A stretch of 52,343 bases of DNA from Acidimicrobiales bacterium (GCA_038259945.1 JBBSOH010000001.1:1-52343); one strand, 5' to 3'; counted from the stretch's first letter, positions 17,415 to 27,496 are shown. Made by a program: numbers and translations. The notes: generated by a model from the letters alone, not told the origin.

Positions 17415-19132
17415 GCTCTGCGTCCTTCCACGAAAAATTTTCGGATTCCGACCACCCAGCGGTCGCGTCGAACGACCCACCAGACGGTCAGTGCGAGACA
17501 CAGTGCCACGCCGACGAGCGATCGCCACACCGTCGGCCAGGTCGGCTCGAAACTGAGCGCCACGATCGGGAGTGCGCAGGCCGCGCTCAACACGACCGGG
17601 AGCGCCGCAGTGGCGACGTTGCTGAACCCGGCGAACTCCGGCATGGCGAACGGACTCTCGGCGCCACGGTCGGCGCCGAGGAGGGTCGTGTCGGCCACCC
17701 CGGGTGGGTCGGGCGAGTCCTTGACGGCGGTCACGACGCCGCCGATCGCCCCGGCCCACGCAAGCGGCACGGCAAGACCGAACGCGGCAGCCGCGTGGTC
17801 GGGGTCGAGCGCGCTCGCTGCGGCCGCTGCGATCATCGCTGCCGCGGCCAGCAGGGTGGCGGGCGCGACCAGATGGTGTGCGAACAGCCATCCGCGTGCG
17901 ACGGGGAGGCCGTCGGTGAGATCGGGTCGGTCGATCTCCTGCGCGAGCGGTTCGATCGCCTCGAGACCGAGGAGGAACGCGGCTGCGACCATCGGCACGA
18001 GCAGCAACAGCGAATTCGTCACGGCGAGCGAGGCGGCGGCGCCGGCCACGGCCGCCAGCGCCGCGATTCTGGTCAGCCGTGCTGCGGGGAGTCGCCCGAT
18101 CGCCGTGAAGCCACGACGCCAGACGAAGACGGGCATCCGGGACTCGGTGGTGTCCCGGCGGAGAGGCCGGTGGGTGGGCGCGGGTGTGCCGACCGGGATG
18201 CGGTGCTCGGACGAGCGCGTGGAGGTGAACCTCGATCGTGCGCGCACCGTCTCGGAGCGGAGTTGGCGACGGAGGAGCACGACCGTGCGGATGTCCTGCA
18301 CGGTGGCGGCGAACCGCAACTGAGAGACGAGCTGACCGCGACGTTCCAGAGGCTCGAGTCGCAACCGGCCGCCGAACAGGAGTGCTGCGAGGATCAGGGC
18401 GACGGCGGCGGCGACCTCGATCGTGTCGCTTCCTCTCTGACGGATTCCCCAGAACAGAATGTCACCGATCCCTGATGCGGGCCCGGGGACGGTGCGGCCA
18501 CCGTCGGCATCGACATCGGTGGTCCACGCGCTCCACGCTGCGACGCCCTGCCACGCGACCACACCCACCGAGACCCCGCTGGCGACCCACCTCGGCATTC
18601 GGACCGCATGGGCCACGACCGCCCCGCCGACGTAGAGCGCTGCCAACAGGCCGCCGAACAGCACACCGCTTCCTGCCCACGCGGCGCGGGACCCTTCGAC
18701 CTCGCGGGCGACGAGTTGGCCCACCACGCCGAATCCCAGCGCCAGCGCGAATGCGACGGAACGCAGTCGCTGCACGATCGGGCGGAGCAGGACGCGTCGC
18801 CGATCGACGGGAGCGAGCAGCAGGTGGCGCACGTCGGCCGACTCGACCGACACGGGGCCACCGTCGGCACCGTTGCGCAAACCGATGCCCAGTGCGAGGG
18901 CAGCGAGAACGCCCGCGATGGACGGGCCGCGGTGGAGCAGTCGCGCGGTGGTGACGTCGTCGTCGATCAGTCCACGGATCGAATCGGAGGTGACCACGAC
19001 CGCGATGCAACCGACCAAGGCGAACAGATAGACGCGGTAGAGGACATCGAACCACTCGGTGTCACCCAGGCGTCGGTCACGCCGTGCGCGACGCAGGTCA
19101 CTCACCACCGATGCGTCATGCCGCAGCGCCAT
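17411..19132 (-). CDS. Multi-pass membrane protein, probable ABC exporter permease (DUF6297-like)
   Basis: Many hydrophobic segments, ADVRHLLLAPVDRRRVL motif, translational coupling to the ABC ATPase. Start set at ATG 19132. Confidence 0.75.
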   Translation of the reverse strand: MALRHDASVVSDLRRARRDRRLGDTEWFDVLYRVYLFALVGCIAVVVTSDSIRGLIDDDVTTARLLHRGPSIAGVLAALALGIGLRNGADGGPVSVESADVRHLLLAPVDRRRVLLRPIVQRLRSVAFALALGFGVVGQLVAREVEGSRAAWAGSGVLFGGLLAALYVGGAVVAHAVRMPRWVASGVSVGVVAWQGVAAWSAWTTDVDADGGRTVPGPASGIGDILFWGIRQRGSDTIEVAAAVALILAALLFGGRLRLEPLERRGQLVSQLRFAATVQDIRTVVLLRRQLRSETVRARSRFTSTRSSEHRIPVGTPAPTHRPLRRDTTESRMPVFVWRRGFTAIGRLPAARLTRIAALAAVAGAAASLAVTNSLLLLVPMVAAAFLLGLEAIEPLAQEIDRPDLTDGLPVARGWLFAHHLVAPATLLAAAAMIAAAAASALDPDHAAAAFGLAVPLAWAGAIGGVVTAVKDSPDPPGVADTTLLGADRGAESPFAMPEFAGFSNVATAALPVVLSAACALPIVALSFEPTWPTVWRSLVGVALCLALTVWWVVRRDRWVVGIRKFFVEGRRA

Positions 19133-19231
19133 CAGACGTGACGGTACCGCCCGCCCCACCTCTGCGCCGTGTGTCACGTGACGCCAGCGCGCCATGCGGA
19201 CGTGTCGTCAGAAGGCCAGAATGATCAGGTG

Positions 19232-20071
19232 ATGTCCGCAAACGGTCGCCCCGCCCACCACTCCCGAGCCCACAGTGCGCTTCGCTCGACCGGAATGCTG
19301 CGACGTTCGGTCGCGCTGATCGCTGCTGCGGGCATCACCTTCACCGCCTGTTCGAGCAGTGACGACCGCGTGTCGTCCCAGGACAGCGAGTCGGCCGAGG
19401 TCGACCGGGCCGATGAGGTCGCGGATGTCGAGGCTGCTCCGGCGGACTCCACCGCGAGCTCGTCCACCGTGAGTTCATCCACCGCGACCTCATCCACTGG
19501 GAACGATGCGACCGCCGCCGACGATGGCGCAGTCCAGGCCGAGCCGGCAGCGCTGCAGCAGAACGGCCCGATCGCCGTCGATGGGGCGACGCTCGCGCCG
19601 TTCGAGAGCACGAACGACGACCCCGCGGTCGGTGCCGCCGCACCGGTCGTGACCGGGCAGAGCTTCGACGGCAGCGAGATCGTCATCGGCGCCCCCACGG
19701 CGAACCCGACGATGATCGTGTTCCTCGCCCACTGGTGTCCGCACTGCAACGACGAGGTGCCGGTGCTGCTCGGGCTCGAGGAGTCCGGCGACCTCCCCGA
19801 AGGTCTGGATGTGATCGGCGTGAGTACCGCAGTAGCGGCCGACCGGCCGAACTACCCCCCGTCGCAGTGGATCGTCGACAAGGGCTGGCAGTGGCCGACC
19901 ATGGCCGACGACGAGGACCTGGCTGCGATCAACGCATTCGGCGGGACCGGTTTCCCGTTCACCGTCGTCCTCGACACGGACGGCACCGTCCTCGCCCGCC
20001 GCTCGGGTGAGGCGAGTGCCTCTGACACGACCGCGTTCCTCGACGCCGCACTCGCCGACGCAACGGCCTGA
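19232..20071 (+). CDS. TlpA/ResA-like thioredoxin-fold lipoprotein
   Basis: Lipobox-like ITFTAC, Ser/Thr-rich linker, FLAHWCPHC, GFPFTVVLD cis-Pro loop. Start 19232 or 19295. Confidence 0.85.
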   Translation: MSANGRPAHHSRAHSALRSTGMLRRSVALIAAAGITFTACSSSDDRVSSQDSESAEVDRADEVADVEAAPADSTASSSTVSSSTATSSTGNDATAADDGAVQAEPAALQQNGPIAVDGATLAPFESTNDDPAVGAAAPVVTGQSFDGSEIVIGAPTANPTMIVFLAHWCPHCNDEVPVLLGLEESGDLPEGLDVIGVSTAVAADRPNYPPSQWIVDKGWQWPTMADDEDLAAINAFGGTGFPFTVVLDTDGTVLARRSGEASASDTTAFLDAALADATA

Positions 20072-20158
20072 CTCCTCCCGCCGGTCGTCACGCCGATCGG
20101 CATCCCTGCGGTCGTCATCACACCGGCCTTCGCCCGTCCGGTCGTTAGCCTCGGCGCG

Positions 20159-21112
20159 ATGACCGACACCGCCACGACTGGATCTGGGCGCCGGATCGGA
20201 TTCTTCGGGCCGTTCGGCACCTTCACCCAGCAGGCGCTCCGCACGATCGAGTCCCCAGATGCTGCGGAGCACGTGCCGTTCCGGACGGTACCCGATGTGC
20301 TCGATGCCGTGCAGAGCGGCGAGGTCGACGCCGGATTCGTCCCGATCGAGAACTCGATCGAGGGGATGGTCAACTTCACCCAGGACGCCCTTGCGTTCGA
20401 CCACGACCTGATCATCACCCACGAGGTCGTGATCGACATCGAGCACTGCCTGCTCGTGCGCCCCGGTGCCTCGCTCGACGACGTGACCACGCTGCTGTCG
20501 ATCCCCGTCGCCACTGCCCAGTGTCACCGCTACCTGCGCGAGCGGATGCCCGACGTCGAGATCGTGCCGGCATCGTCCACCGCCGATGCCGCCCGTCGGG
20601 TCGCCGAATCCGATGACCCGACCGTCGCTGCGCTGGCGCCGCGGGTGGCCGCAGAGGTCTATGGACTCGACATCGCCGAGGTGGACATCGCCGACCACGC
20701 CGGCAACCAGACCCGCTTCGTGATGGTCGCCACGTCGGGCGTCAGCGCGCCCACCGGCCACGATCGCACCGCTCTGGTCGTGTACCAGCGCGCCGATGAG
20801 CCGGGCAGCCTGATCGCGATCCTCCAGGAGTTCGCGGCGCGCCGGATCAACCTGTCCAACCTGTTCAGCCGACCGACCAAGGCGGGTGGTCTCGGCGACT
20901 ACTGCTTCATCATCTACGCCGACGGGCACGTCACCGACGAGCTCGTGGCCGACACGATGCGCTCGCTGCACGCCAAGCAGGGCGGTGTGAAGTTCCTCGG
21001 GTCGTATCCCGCCGCCGGCGAATCGGCCGAGACCGAACGTGAACACGCGGGCGGCCGCTGGCGTGAAGCCGACGACTGGCTCGCCGACATCCGCGGCGAC
21101 ATCACACGCTGA
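20159..21112 (+). CDS. pheA: Prephenate dehydratase
   Basis: GPFGTFT, VPIENSIEG, NQTRF catalytic motif, ACT domain DEPGSL..INLS..SRP, FLGSYP. Confidence 0.95.
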   Translation: MTDTATTGSGRRIGFFGPFGTFTQQALRTIESPDAAEHVPFRTVPDVLDAVQSGEVDAGFVPIENSIEGMVNFTQDALAFDHDLIITHEVVIDIEHCLLVRPGASLDDVTTLLSIPVATAQCHRYLRERMPDVEIVPASSTADAARRVAESDDPTVAALAPRVAAEVYGLDIAEVDIADHAGNQTRFVMVATSGVSAPTGHDRTALVVYQRADEPGSLIAILQEFAARRINLSNLFSRPTKAGGLGDYCFIIYADGHVTDELVADTMRSLHAKQGGVKFLGSYPAAGESAETEREHAGGRWREADDWLADIRGDITR

Positions 21113-21115
21113 CAA

Positions 21116-21135
21116 CCAAACGGTGTCAGACACGG
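21116..21135. repeat. REP-like partial copy after pheA
   Basis: CCAAACGGTGTCAGACACGG. Shares CCAAACGGTGTC with the 26497 hairpin and the GTGTCnGACAC core. Confidence 0.55.
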
Positions 21136-21218
21136 GATGACTGCCCCGACGAAGCGGGACCTGCATCGCGCCGGTGCTCCTCGCCGTCGCCGGGGACTCG
21201 GTGTGCGACCATGAAGCG

Positions 21219-22112
21219 ATGAGCACCGCACCGTCCGTCGATCAGCCCGTCACCGTCGTCACCGGGGCGAATTCAGGGATCGGGCGGGCGACCGCCCTAC
21301 ATCTCGCCTCGGTCGGTCATCACGTCGTGGGCACCGTCCGCTCACTCGACAAGGCCGACAAGTTGCTCGCGAAGGCGGACGAGGCTGGCGTGCGCGTCGA
21401 TCTCGTCGTGGCCGACGTGGCCGACGACGCATCGGTGACCGCCGGGTTCGAGGAGATCCTCTCGCGAGCCGGCCGGGTCGATCACCTCGTCAACAACGCC
21501 GGCGTGGGTGGCAACGGCGTCGTCGAGGAGACGAGTTCGCAGGAATACCTCGACGTGATGAACGTCAACCTGTGCGGGGTCACGCGGTGCACCCAGGCGG
21601 TGCTGCCCCAGATGCGTGAGCGTGGGAGCGGCACGATCGTCAACATCACGTCGGTGGCCGGCCGGATCGCTGCTCTCGCCCAGGCGCCCTACGTCGCATC
21701 GAAGTGGGCGCTCGAAGGGCTCAGCGAACTCCTCGCCCAAGAGGTCGCTCCCTTCGGTATCCGGGTGGCGATCATCGAGCCCGGCGTGACCCAGTCGTCG
21801 ATCTTCGCGAAGAACGTCGACCTCCCGAACCACACCGGCGCCTACGACGCCCAGTACCGGCGGATGTTCCAGTTCTACGCCGCGGGCATGGTCGGTGCGA
21901 CGCCCGCCCTCGAGGTGGGCAAGGTCATCGAGCACGCCATCACGACGGATGAGCCCAAGCTGCGCTACCCGGTCAGTTGGGCGGGCGTCGAGATGGCCGC
22001 GCTGCACGATCGCATCGACGACGCGGACTGGATCGGGCTGGGCACGATTGCCGACGACGGCGACTACAACGCACGGTTCGCCGAGATCTTCGGCGTCGAC
22101 ATCACCACCTGA
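21219..22112 (+). CDS. SDR family oxidoreductase (17-beta-HSD-like subgroup)
   Basis: TGANSGIG, LVNNAG, YVASK catalytic motif, IIEPG. Confidence 0.92.
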   Translation: MSTAPSVDQPVTVVTGANSGIGRATALHLASVGHHVVGTVRSLDKADKLLAKADEAGVRVDLVVADVADDASVTAGFEEILSRAGRVDHLVNNAGVGGNGVVEETSSQEYLDVMNVNLCGVTRCTQAVLPQMRERGSGTIVNITSVAGRIAALAQAPYVASKWALEGLSELLAQEVAPFGIRVAIIEPGVTQSSIFAKNVDLPNHTGAYDAQYRRMFQFYAAGMVGATPALEVGKVIEHAITTDEPKLRYPVSWAGVEMAALHDRIDDADWIGLGTIADDGDYNARFAEIFGVDITT

Positions 22113-22276
22113 TCCCGGCACGACCGAACTCACTGGTCGAACCAACGACTCGATCCTCTCGTTCGGCCACACCGAGGTCGGTCGCCAGGGTGTGGAGAGG
22201 GGTCGGGGTGTGGAGTGGGTGAGACCCCTGCCGCACCACACGATCATGCGACCGGCCCGAGCCGTAGCGTGGGACG

Positions 22277-22855
22277 ATGGCCGCGTGGACCTGCCCCGAC
22301 TGCAAGCGTGACTTCGGGGCGGTCGGCCGGGGGCACGTGTGCAACCCGGGCCTGTCGATCGAGGAGTTCCTCGGCGCGTCCCCGGCGTTCGTTCCCACGG
22401 TGTTCGAGCGAGTCCACGACCACCTTCTGGCCGTCGACGCATCGTCCGGGGGCGACCTGATCGTCGACCCGCTCGATGCGAAAGTGCTGTTCAAGAACGG
22501 TCCGACCTTTGCGATCCTCGACGTGAAGACGAAGTGGGTGGCGGTGGGATTCTCGCTCCGGCGGAGGTTGGAGTCGGGCCGGCTGTCGCGCAAGGTCGCG
22601 GACTACGGCGCCAAGTTCTTCCACGTCGTCAACGTGGCGGACGCAGACCTGATCGACGACGAATTGTGTGAGTGGCTCAGTGAGGCCTACCACCACGGCG
22701 ACCCGGATGCCGCCGATGCGTACCGCGACGAACGAGCCGCCGATCGCCTTGGCGGTCGAGATGGCGCTCGGAACGGCCGCGTCGTCTCGGCGTCGTCGAG
22801 TCACGATCCGATGTTGCCCGACGACATCGACTTCGAGATCGCCCCGCCACGTTGA
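22277..22855 (+). CDS. DUF5655-like protein with N-terminal CxxC...HxC motif
   Basis: WTCPDCKRDFGAVGRGHVC. C-terminal IDDELCEWLSEAY is typical of DUF5655/YdhG-like folds. TAGCGT 6 nt before the ATG. Confidence 0.7.
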   Translation: MAAWTCPDCKRDFGAVGRGHVCNPGLSIEEFLGASPAFVPTVFERVHDHLLAVDASSGGDLIVDPLDAKVLFKNGPTFAILDVKTKWVAVGFSLRRRLESGRLSRKVADYGAKFFHVVNVADADLIDDELCEWLSEAYHHGDPDAADAYRDERAADRLGGRDGARNGRVVSASSSHDPMLPDDIDFEIAPPR

Positions 22856-22872
22856 ACCCGACGGGTTCAACG
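22850..22872. terminator. Perfect hairpin overlapping the DUF5655 stop
   Basis: CGTTGAACCC-GAC-GGGTTCAACG. No U-tract. Confidence 0.5.
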
Positions 22873-23098
22873 AGGTGGATGCTGCGACAACTGTGGTCGC
22901 CGGCTGTGACCTTCGGCTCCCGGACCGCCGTCCGATCGGGCCGCATGGTGCGATCGGAACGTGGTCGCGGGACGACCGTGAGCAGGTGGTTCGCGCACGT
23001 GCACCAGGTCCGCCTCGAGATCCGCTGGCGAGATCCCGATGCGGCGTCCTCCGGGGGTGACGGGCAGAGTCGATCCAGTGGTGCCTATCGTCCCGGCC

Positions 23099-24658
23099 AT
23101 GACCGTGCACGACGACCGACCTGACGCGCCTGCGGACATGGAGACCCGACGGAACGTACGTCATCACTTCGATCCCGGACTCGCCCGGACCGAGGTGCTG
23201 CCGGTCACCGAGCGAGAGGAGTCCGATCGTGGGAGATCGGTGCAGTCGAGCGACACGAACGAGCGGACCGCCGAGTATCCATTGATCGAGGCCCGTTCCG
23301 GTGCCGGTTGGAGCCAGGACGATCGTGCGTCGGGCCGTGGGAACGACGCTGCGGCGACGGGGACCGCACAACTCGTCGCATCAGTGGTCGTTCCCGGTGC
23401 CGCCACCTGGCGCCGGAACGCGTTGATCGCAGCAGTCCTGTTCGCGCTCGGTGTCGCTGCGCCTCTGCTGCTGTTCGGGTGGGTCGCCATCCAACGCTCG
23501 CAGATCGTCGGGCTCGCTCTCGACCCGACATTCCTGCTCGTCGTGATGGTGGTCGGTGTGCTGGCGGTGCTCACACGCGTGATCGCGATCGGCGAGGTCG
23601 CACTGGCCCACCGGCGAAGCCGGGGGATCGAGACGCGCACGATCGTCGCGCTGATCGTCACGGCGGCGCTCAGCGCACCGGTCGTGTACGCCGTGTCCGA
23701 GACGGCGTCAGCCCGTTCCGCCGTTGCCGATGTGTTCGCTGCGGACAGCGGTGCTCCGCTGTTCGTCCCCGAGAGCCCAGGGTTGACCGCCGCCGGAGTT
23801 GCCGTCGACCCCGATGCCGTCACGAACATCCTGATCGTCGGTGGCGACGCAGGGCCGGGTCGCTGGGGCATGCGCACCGACACGATGATGATCGCCACCA
23901 TCCACGACGCATCGGGCCGAATGGCGTTGACGTCGATCCCGCGCAACCTCACGTCGCTGCAGTTCCCGCCCGGTTCACCACTGGCGGCCGAGTACCCGGA
24001 CGGTTTCGACGACCTCGCGAACGCACTCTTCACGCACGTCAACACCAGCCCGCAGCTCGTCGAGCACTACGGAGCCGGCGGGATGCAGCCCGAAGCGGTG
24101 GCCTTGATCGAGGGTCTCGGCTACTCACTCGACGTGCAGATCGACGACTTCGCGCTGGTCAACATGCAGGGTTTCACCGAGGTCATCGACGCCGTGGGTG
24201 GCGTGACCCTCGAACTCGGACAGAGTGTTCCACTCCCGCCGAGCCTGCCCGGAGAGCGTGCGCTTCCGTCGGAGATCGGACCCGGCTTCGTCGAGATGGA
24301 CGGAGCGATGGCGAGCGCCTACGCCCGCTCCCGCTCCGCCGATTCCGACTATCAGCGGATGGGTCGACAGCGTCAGCTGCTCGCAGCGCTGGGTACACAG
24401 ATCTCGCCGCTCGCCGCTGCGGGAGCGTTCGCATCCGTCACCGGGGTGCTCGAGGATTCGATGCGCACGTCGCTGTCGGCAGGAGAGTTCGACGGACTGC
24501 TCGACCGCCTCGGCGACAACTCCGCGATCAGCGAATCCGTCGGCCTCGCGCCACCGCTGATCGAACCGGGCTCGCCCGACTATGCCCAGATCAGGATGAT
24601 CGTCGCCGGAGTCCAGCAGTCGCTGATCGACGACGTGCCGTCCGGCTACGCCGGCTGA
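23099..24658 (+). CDS. LCP (LytR-CpsA-Psr) family cell-wall glycopolymer ligase
   Basis: Three TM segments, then NILIVGGD, RTDTMMI, SIPRN, GFTEVIDAVGGV, YARSR..DSDYQRMGRQ. Start set at ATG 23099 (TATCGT 7 nt upstream). Confidence 0.9.
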   Translation: MTVHDDRPDAPADMETRRNVRHHFDPGLARTEVLPVTEREESDRGRSVQSSDTNERTAEYPLIEARSGAGWSQDDRASGRGNDAAATGTAQLVASVVVPGAATWRRNALIAAVLFALGVAAPLLLFGWVAIQRSQIVGLALDPTFLLVVMVVGVLAVLTRVIAIGEVALAHRRSRGIETRTIVALIVTAALSAPVVYAVSETASARSAVADVFAADSGAPLFVPESPGLTAAGVAVDPDAVTNILIVGGDAGPGRWGMRTDTMMIATIHDASGRMALTSIPRNLTSLQFPPGSPLAAEYPDGFDDLANALFTHVNTSPQLVEHYGAGGMQPEAVALIEGLGYSLDVQIDDFALVNMQGFTEVIDAVGGVTLELGQSVPLPPSLPGERALPSEIGPGFVEMDGAMASAYARSRSADSDYQRMGRQRQLLAALGTQISPLAAAGAFASVTGVLEDSMRTSLSAGEFDGLLDRLGDNSAISESVGLAPPLIEPGSPDYAQIRMIVAGVQQSLIDDVPSGYAG

Positions 24659-24746
24659 ACCGGCTCGGCACGATCGGCTGGGAGCACCGCTCGAAGCGCG
24701 GGAACCCATTCCCTCGCCGACGTGAGCGCGATCGACGCTCGGTGCG

Positions 24747-25319
24747 ATGCCACGCACGATCGACCCGGTCGTCACGGTGTTCGGATCTGGCGGCCAGCCC
24801 ACGTTCCACCTCGGTGACGGACTGACCCGGCGCCCGTTCACGCCCAGCGACGAATCGATCGTCCGAGCGGCGTTCTCGTCGCCGGACATCGTCCGGTGGC
24901 ATCACTTCCGAGTCGACACGACCGAGGAAGCCACCGCATGGATCGACCGGACGCGCACGAAGTGGGTGGAGGCGGAACAGGCCGACTGGTTGATCGAGGA
25001 GGACGGTGTCGGCGTCGGGCGAGTCGGGCTCCATGTCGATGCGATGCGCGGCAATGCGGAGATCGCGTACTGGTTGCTGCCCGGCGGTCGTGGTCGTGGA
25101 CTGGTGACCATCGCTGCCCACGCGTTGACGGCGTGGGCGCACGATCTCGGTTTCCACCGCATCGTCCTGCAGCACTCCGTGCACAACTCGGCGTCGTGTG
25201 CGGTGGCCGTGCGACTGGGATATTCGTCCGAAGGGACGGCACGCCAGCAGGATCTCCACGCCGACGGCTGGCACGACATGCACCAGCACGCTCACGTGGT
25301 CGGCGATTCGCTGGCCTGA
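24747..25319 (+). CDS. GNAT family acetyltransferase, RimJ/RimL type
   Basis: AEIAYWLLPGGRGRGL, HSVHNSASCAVAVRLGY..EG, DGWHDMH. Confidence 0.88.
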   Translation: MPRTIDPVVTVFGSGGQPTFHLGDGLTRRPFTPSDESIVRAAFSSPDIVRWHHFRVDTTEEATAWIDRTRTKWVEAEQADWLIEEDGVGVGRVGLHVDAMRGNAEIAYWLLPGGRGRGLVTIAAHALTAWAHDLGFHRIVLQHSVHNSASCAVAVRLGYSSEGTARQQDLHADGWHDMHQHAHVVGDSLA

Positions 25320-25358
25320 TCGCCGGTCAGTCGGCAGACGGTAGGAGCACGTTCTCGT

Positions 25359-25511
25359 TCACCGGCCCATCAGTTCGCCGAAGGCGGTGCAGTTCGGGTT
25401 CTCGCACATCGAGGCCTCACCGGGTGCTTCGGGTGGCAGCGCGCTCACGCCACAGGCGGGGCAGATCGGCGAGACATCGTCGTCGTCGGTGTCGTCCCAC
25501 AGATCGCTCAT
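25359..25511 (-). CDS. 50-aa acidic zinc-ribbon-like microprotein (not in the ORF track)
   Basis: Manual translation MSDLWDDTDDDDVSPICPACGVSALPPEAPGEASMCENPNCTAFGELMGR*. GC-rich third positions. GACAAT 6 nt before the ATG. Confidence 0.7.
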   Translation of the reverse strand: MSDLWDDTDDDDVSPICPACGVSALPPEAPGEASMCENPNCTAFGELMGR

Positions 25512-25604
25512 CGCAGCATTGTCGCCGCCGATCGAGCACTTCGTCCACCGGGCGACATCCGACCGGACCGGTGGCGCCGTCGGCGCCGTCGTACTCTTGC
25601 TTCC

Positions 25605-26492
25605 ATGATCTTCAGCTGCGGCGAGGCCCTGATGGACCTCGTCCCCGATCCGGTGCCGGGTGGCGGGCCGATGAACGTCGCGATCGCGGCAGCACGACTC
25701 GGTGCGGCGTCATCGTTCGTCGGGGGCATCTCGACCGATCACTTCGGTGACCTGCTCTGGGCGCACATCGAGTCGAACGGCGTCGACCTCTCGCTGAGCC
25801 GCCGGTTCGACGCGCCCACCGCACGGGCGATCGTCGAACACGTCCCACAGCTGAGGTTCCGCTTCGAAGGCGAGGGCACCGCTGACACGATGCTCGACTC
25901 GATCGATTCGGGTCTCGTGCGTGGGACGGGCAACGTCGTCCACGGCGGCACGCTCGGCATGTTCCGTGGCGTCTCGGCCGAGGCGTACGCGAACCTGGCG
26001 GCCGCGCACGATGGGTTGGTGTCACTCGACCCGAACATCCGCCCGCAGATCATCGGCGATCGCGCGGAGTGGGACGCCTTCCACGATCGGTGGCTCCCGC
26101 ACGTCGGTCTCTACAAGGGGTCCGACGAGGACCTCTCGTGGATCTGGCCAGATCGCTCCCCGGAGGAGTCGGCGTCGTGGCTGCTCGACCAAGGAATTGG
26201 TGCGGTGATCGTCACCCGGGGGAGTGCGGGCTTGTCGATTCTCACATCGGCTGGGGAGTCGTTTGCTCCGGCGCCGACCGTCGAAGTGGTCGACACCGTG
26301 GGAGCGGGCGACACGATCGTCGGCGCAGTGCTCACGTCGATCGTGGAACGCTTCGAAGGTGCTGCGATCGCCCTCGGTGACGTGTCGAGCGCAGAATGGC
26401 AACGCTTCGCCGAACGTGCGGTGGCAGCGGCCGGCATCACCTGCTCCCGAGCCGGCGCCGACGTCCCCTTCCGCCACGAACTCGCCTGGTGA
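25605..26492 (+). CDS. PfkB family carbohydrate kinase (fructokinase-like)
   Basis: CGEALMD, PGGGPMNVAIAAARLG, LDPNIRP, VVDTVGAGD. Confidence 0.93.
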   Translation: MIFSCGEALMDLVPDPVPGGGPMNVAIAAARLGAASSFVGGISTDHFGDLLWAHIESNGVDLSLSRRFDAPTARAIVEHVPQLRFRFEGEGTADTMLDSIDSGLVRGTGNVVHGGTLGMFRGVSAEAYANLAAAHDGLVSLDPNIRPQIIGDRAEWDAFHDRWLPHVGLYKGSDEDLSWIWPDRSPEESASWLLDQGIGAVIVTRGSAGLSILTSAGESFAPAPTVEVVDTVGAGDTIVGAVLTSIVERFEGAAIALGDVSSAEWQRFAERAVAAAGITCSRAGADVPFRHELAW

Positions 26493-26496
26493 AACC

Positions 26497-26531
26497 GAAA
26501 CCAAACGGTGTCTGCCACACCGTTTGGTTTC
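26497..26531. terminator. Perfect 15-bp-stem hairpin between convergent genes; REP-related
   Basis: GAAACCAAACGGTGT-CTGCC-ACACCGTTTGGTTTC fills the gap between pfkB and the SDR gene. Confidence 0.75.
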
Positions 26532-27320
26532 TCAGCGGGGTTTGGCGCCGCCGCCGACGCGGAGGATCTCGCCGCTGACCCAACTCGCAGCGTCCGACGC
26601 CAGGTACAGGCAGGCCGCACCGATGTCCTGGGGCGTGCCGAGGCGACCGAGCGGGATGTTCCAGGCATCGAGCAACTCGTCCAACTGGTCCGCGGTCTTG
26701 CCGACGGCGGTCAGCATCACCTCGGTCGGGATCGCACCGGGCGCCACGGCGTTGACCCGGATGAAGGGCGCCAGTTCGGCCGACAGTGTCCACGTCAGCG
26801 AGTTCGGTCCCGCCTTCGCCGCCCCGGAGTGCGCGCTGCCGGGCACCGGCCCCGAACCGGCACCGGACGAGCTGTTGATGATCGACCCGGTGCCGGCGGT
26901 CGCCGTGATGTGGCGTGCGGCCACGAGCGACCCGACGTAGACCGATGTGAGGTTGAGTGCGATCGTTCGGTCCCATTCCGCCCGGGGGAGGTCGGCGAGC
27001 GGCATCCTCATCGGCGACCCGCCTGCATTGTTCACCCAGGTGGTGAGCGACCCGAACTCGTCGACGGCGGCCTGCGCGAGTGCCTCGACCGCATCGTCGT
27101 CGGTCACGTCGGTGGTCACCGCGATGGCCTGGCCGCCGGCCGACCGGATCGACGCCGCGACCGCTTCGATCTCGTCAGTTCTCCGGGCGGCCACGACGAT
27201 CGCCGCTCCTGCTTCGGCGAACGAACGGGCGATGCCTTCACCGATCCCGCGTCCTCCACCCGTGACCACGGCGACCTTGCCGGTCATGTCGAAGAGCTGC
27301 GGCGTCGAGATGTGGGTCAT
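26532..27320 (-). CDS. SDR family oxidoreductase with Ser in place of the catalytic Tyr
   Basis: TGGGRGIG, WVNNAGG, HSGAAK, IRVNAVAPG, PLGRLGTPQD. Confidence 0.9.
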   Translation of the reverse strand: MTHISTPQLFDMTGKVAVVTGGGRGIGEGIARSFAEAGAAIVVAARRTDEIEAVAASIRSAGGQAIAVTTDVTDDDAVEALAQAAVDEFGSLTTWVNNAGGSPMRMPLADLPRAEWDRTIALNLTSVYVGSLVAARHITATAGTGSIINSSSGAGSGPVPGSAHSGAAKAGPNSLTWTLSAELAPFIRVNAVAPGAIPTEVMLTAVGKTADQLDELLDAWNIPLGRLGTPQDIGAACLYLASDAASWVSGEILRVGGGAKPR

Positions 27321-27496
27321 CGCAAGAGTGTCGCAAGCGGTCGACGCCCGGATGCGATCGGACGCCGGCGGGGTTCGAACGTTCGCGTGAGGTCGTTGCG
27401 GCTCCCAGCCGCAACATTCTCACGCGTTGGCGGAGACTCGGTGGTCGGAGACTCGGTCGTGGAGGACCCCGTTGCCTGGTCGGCGCGCTCGCCGAA

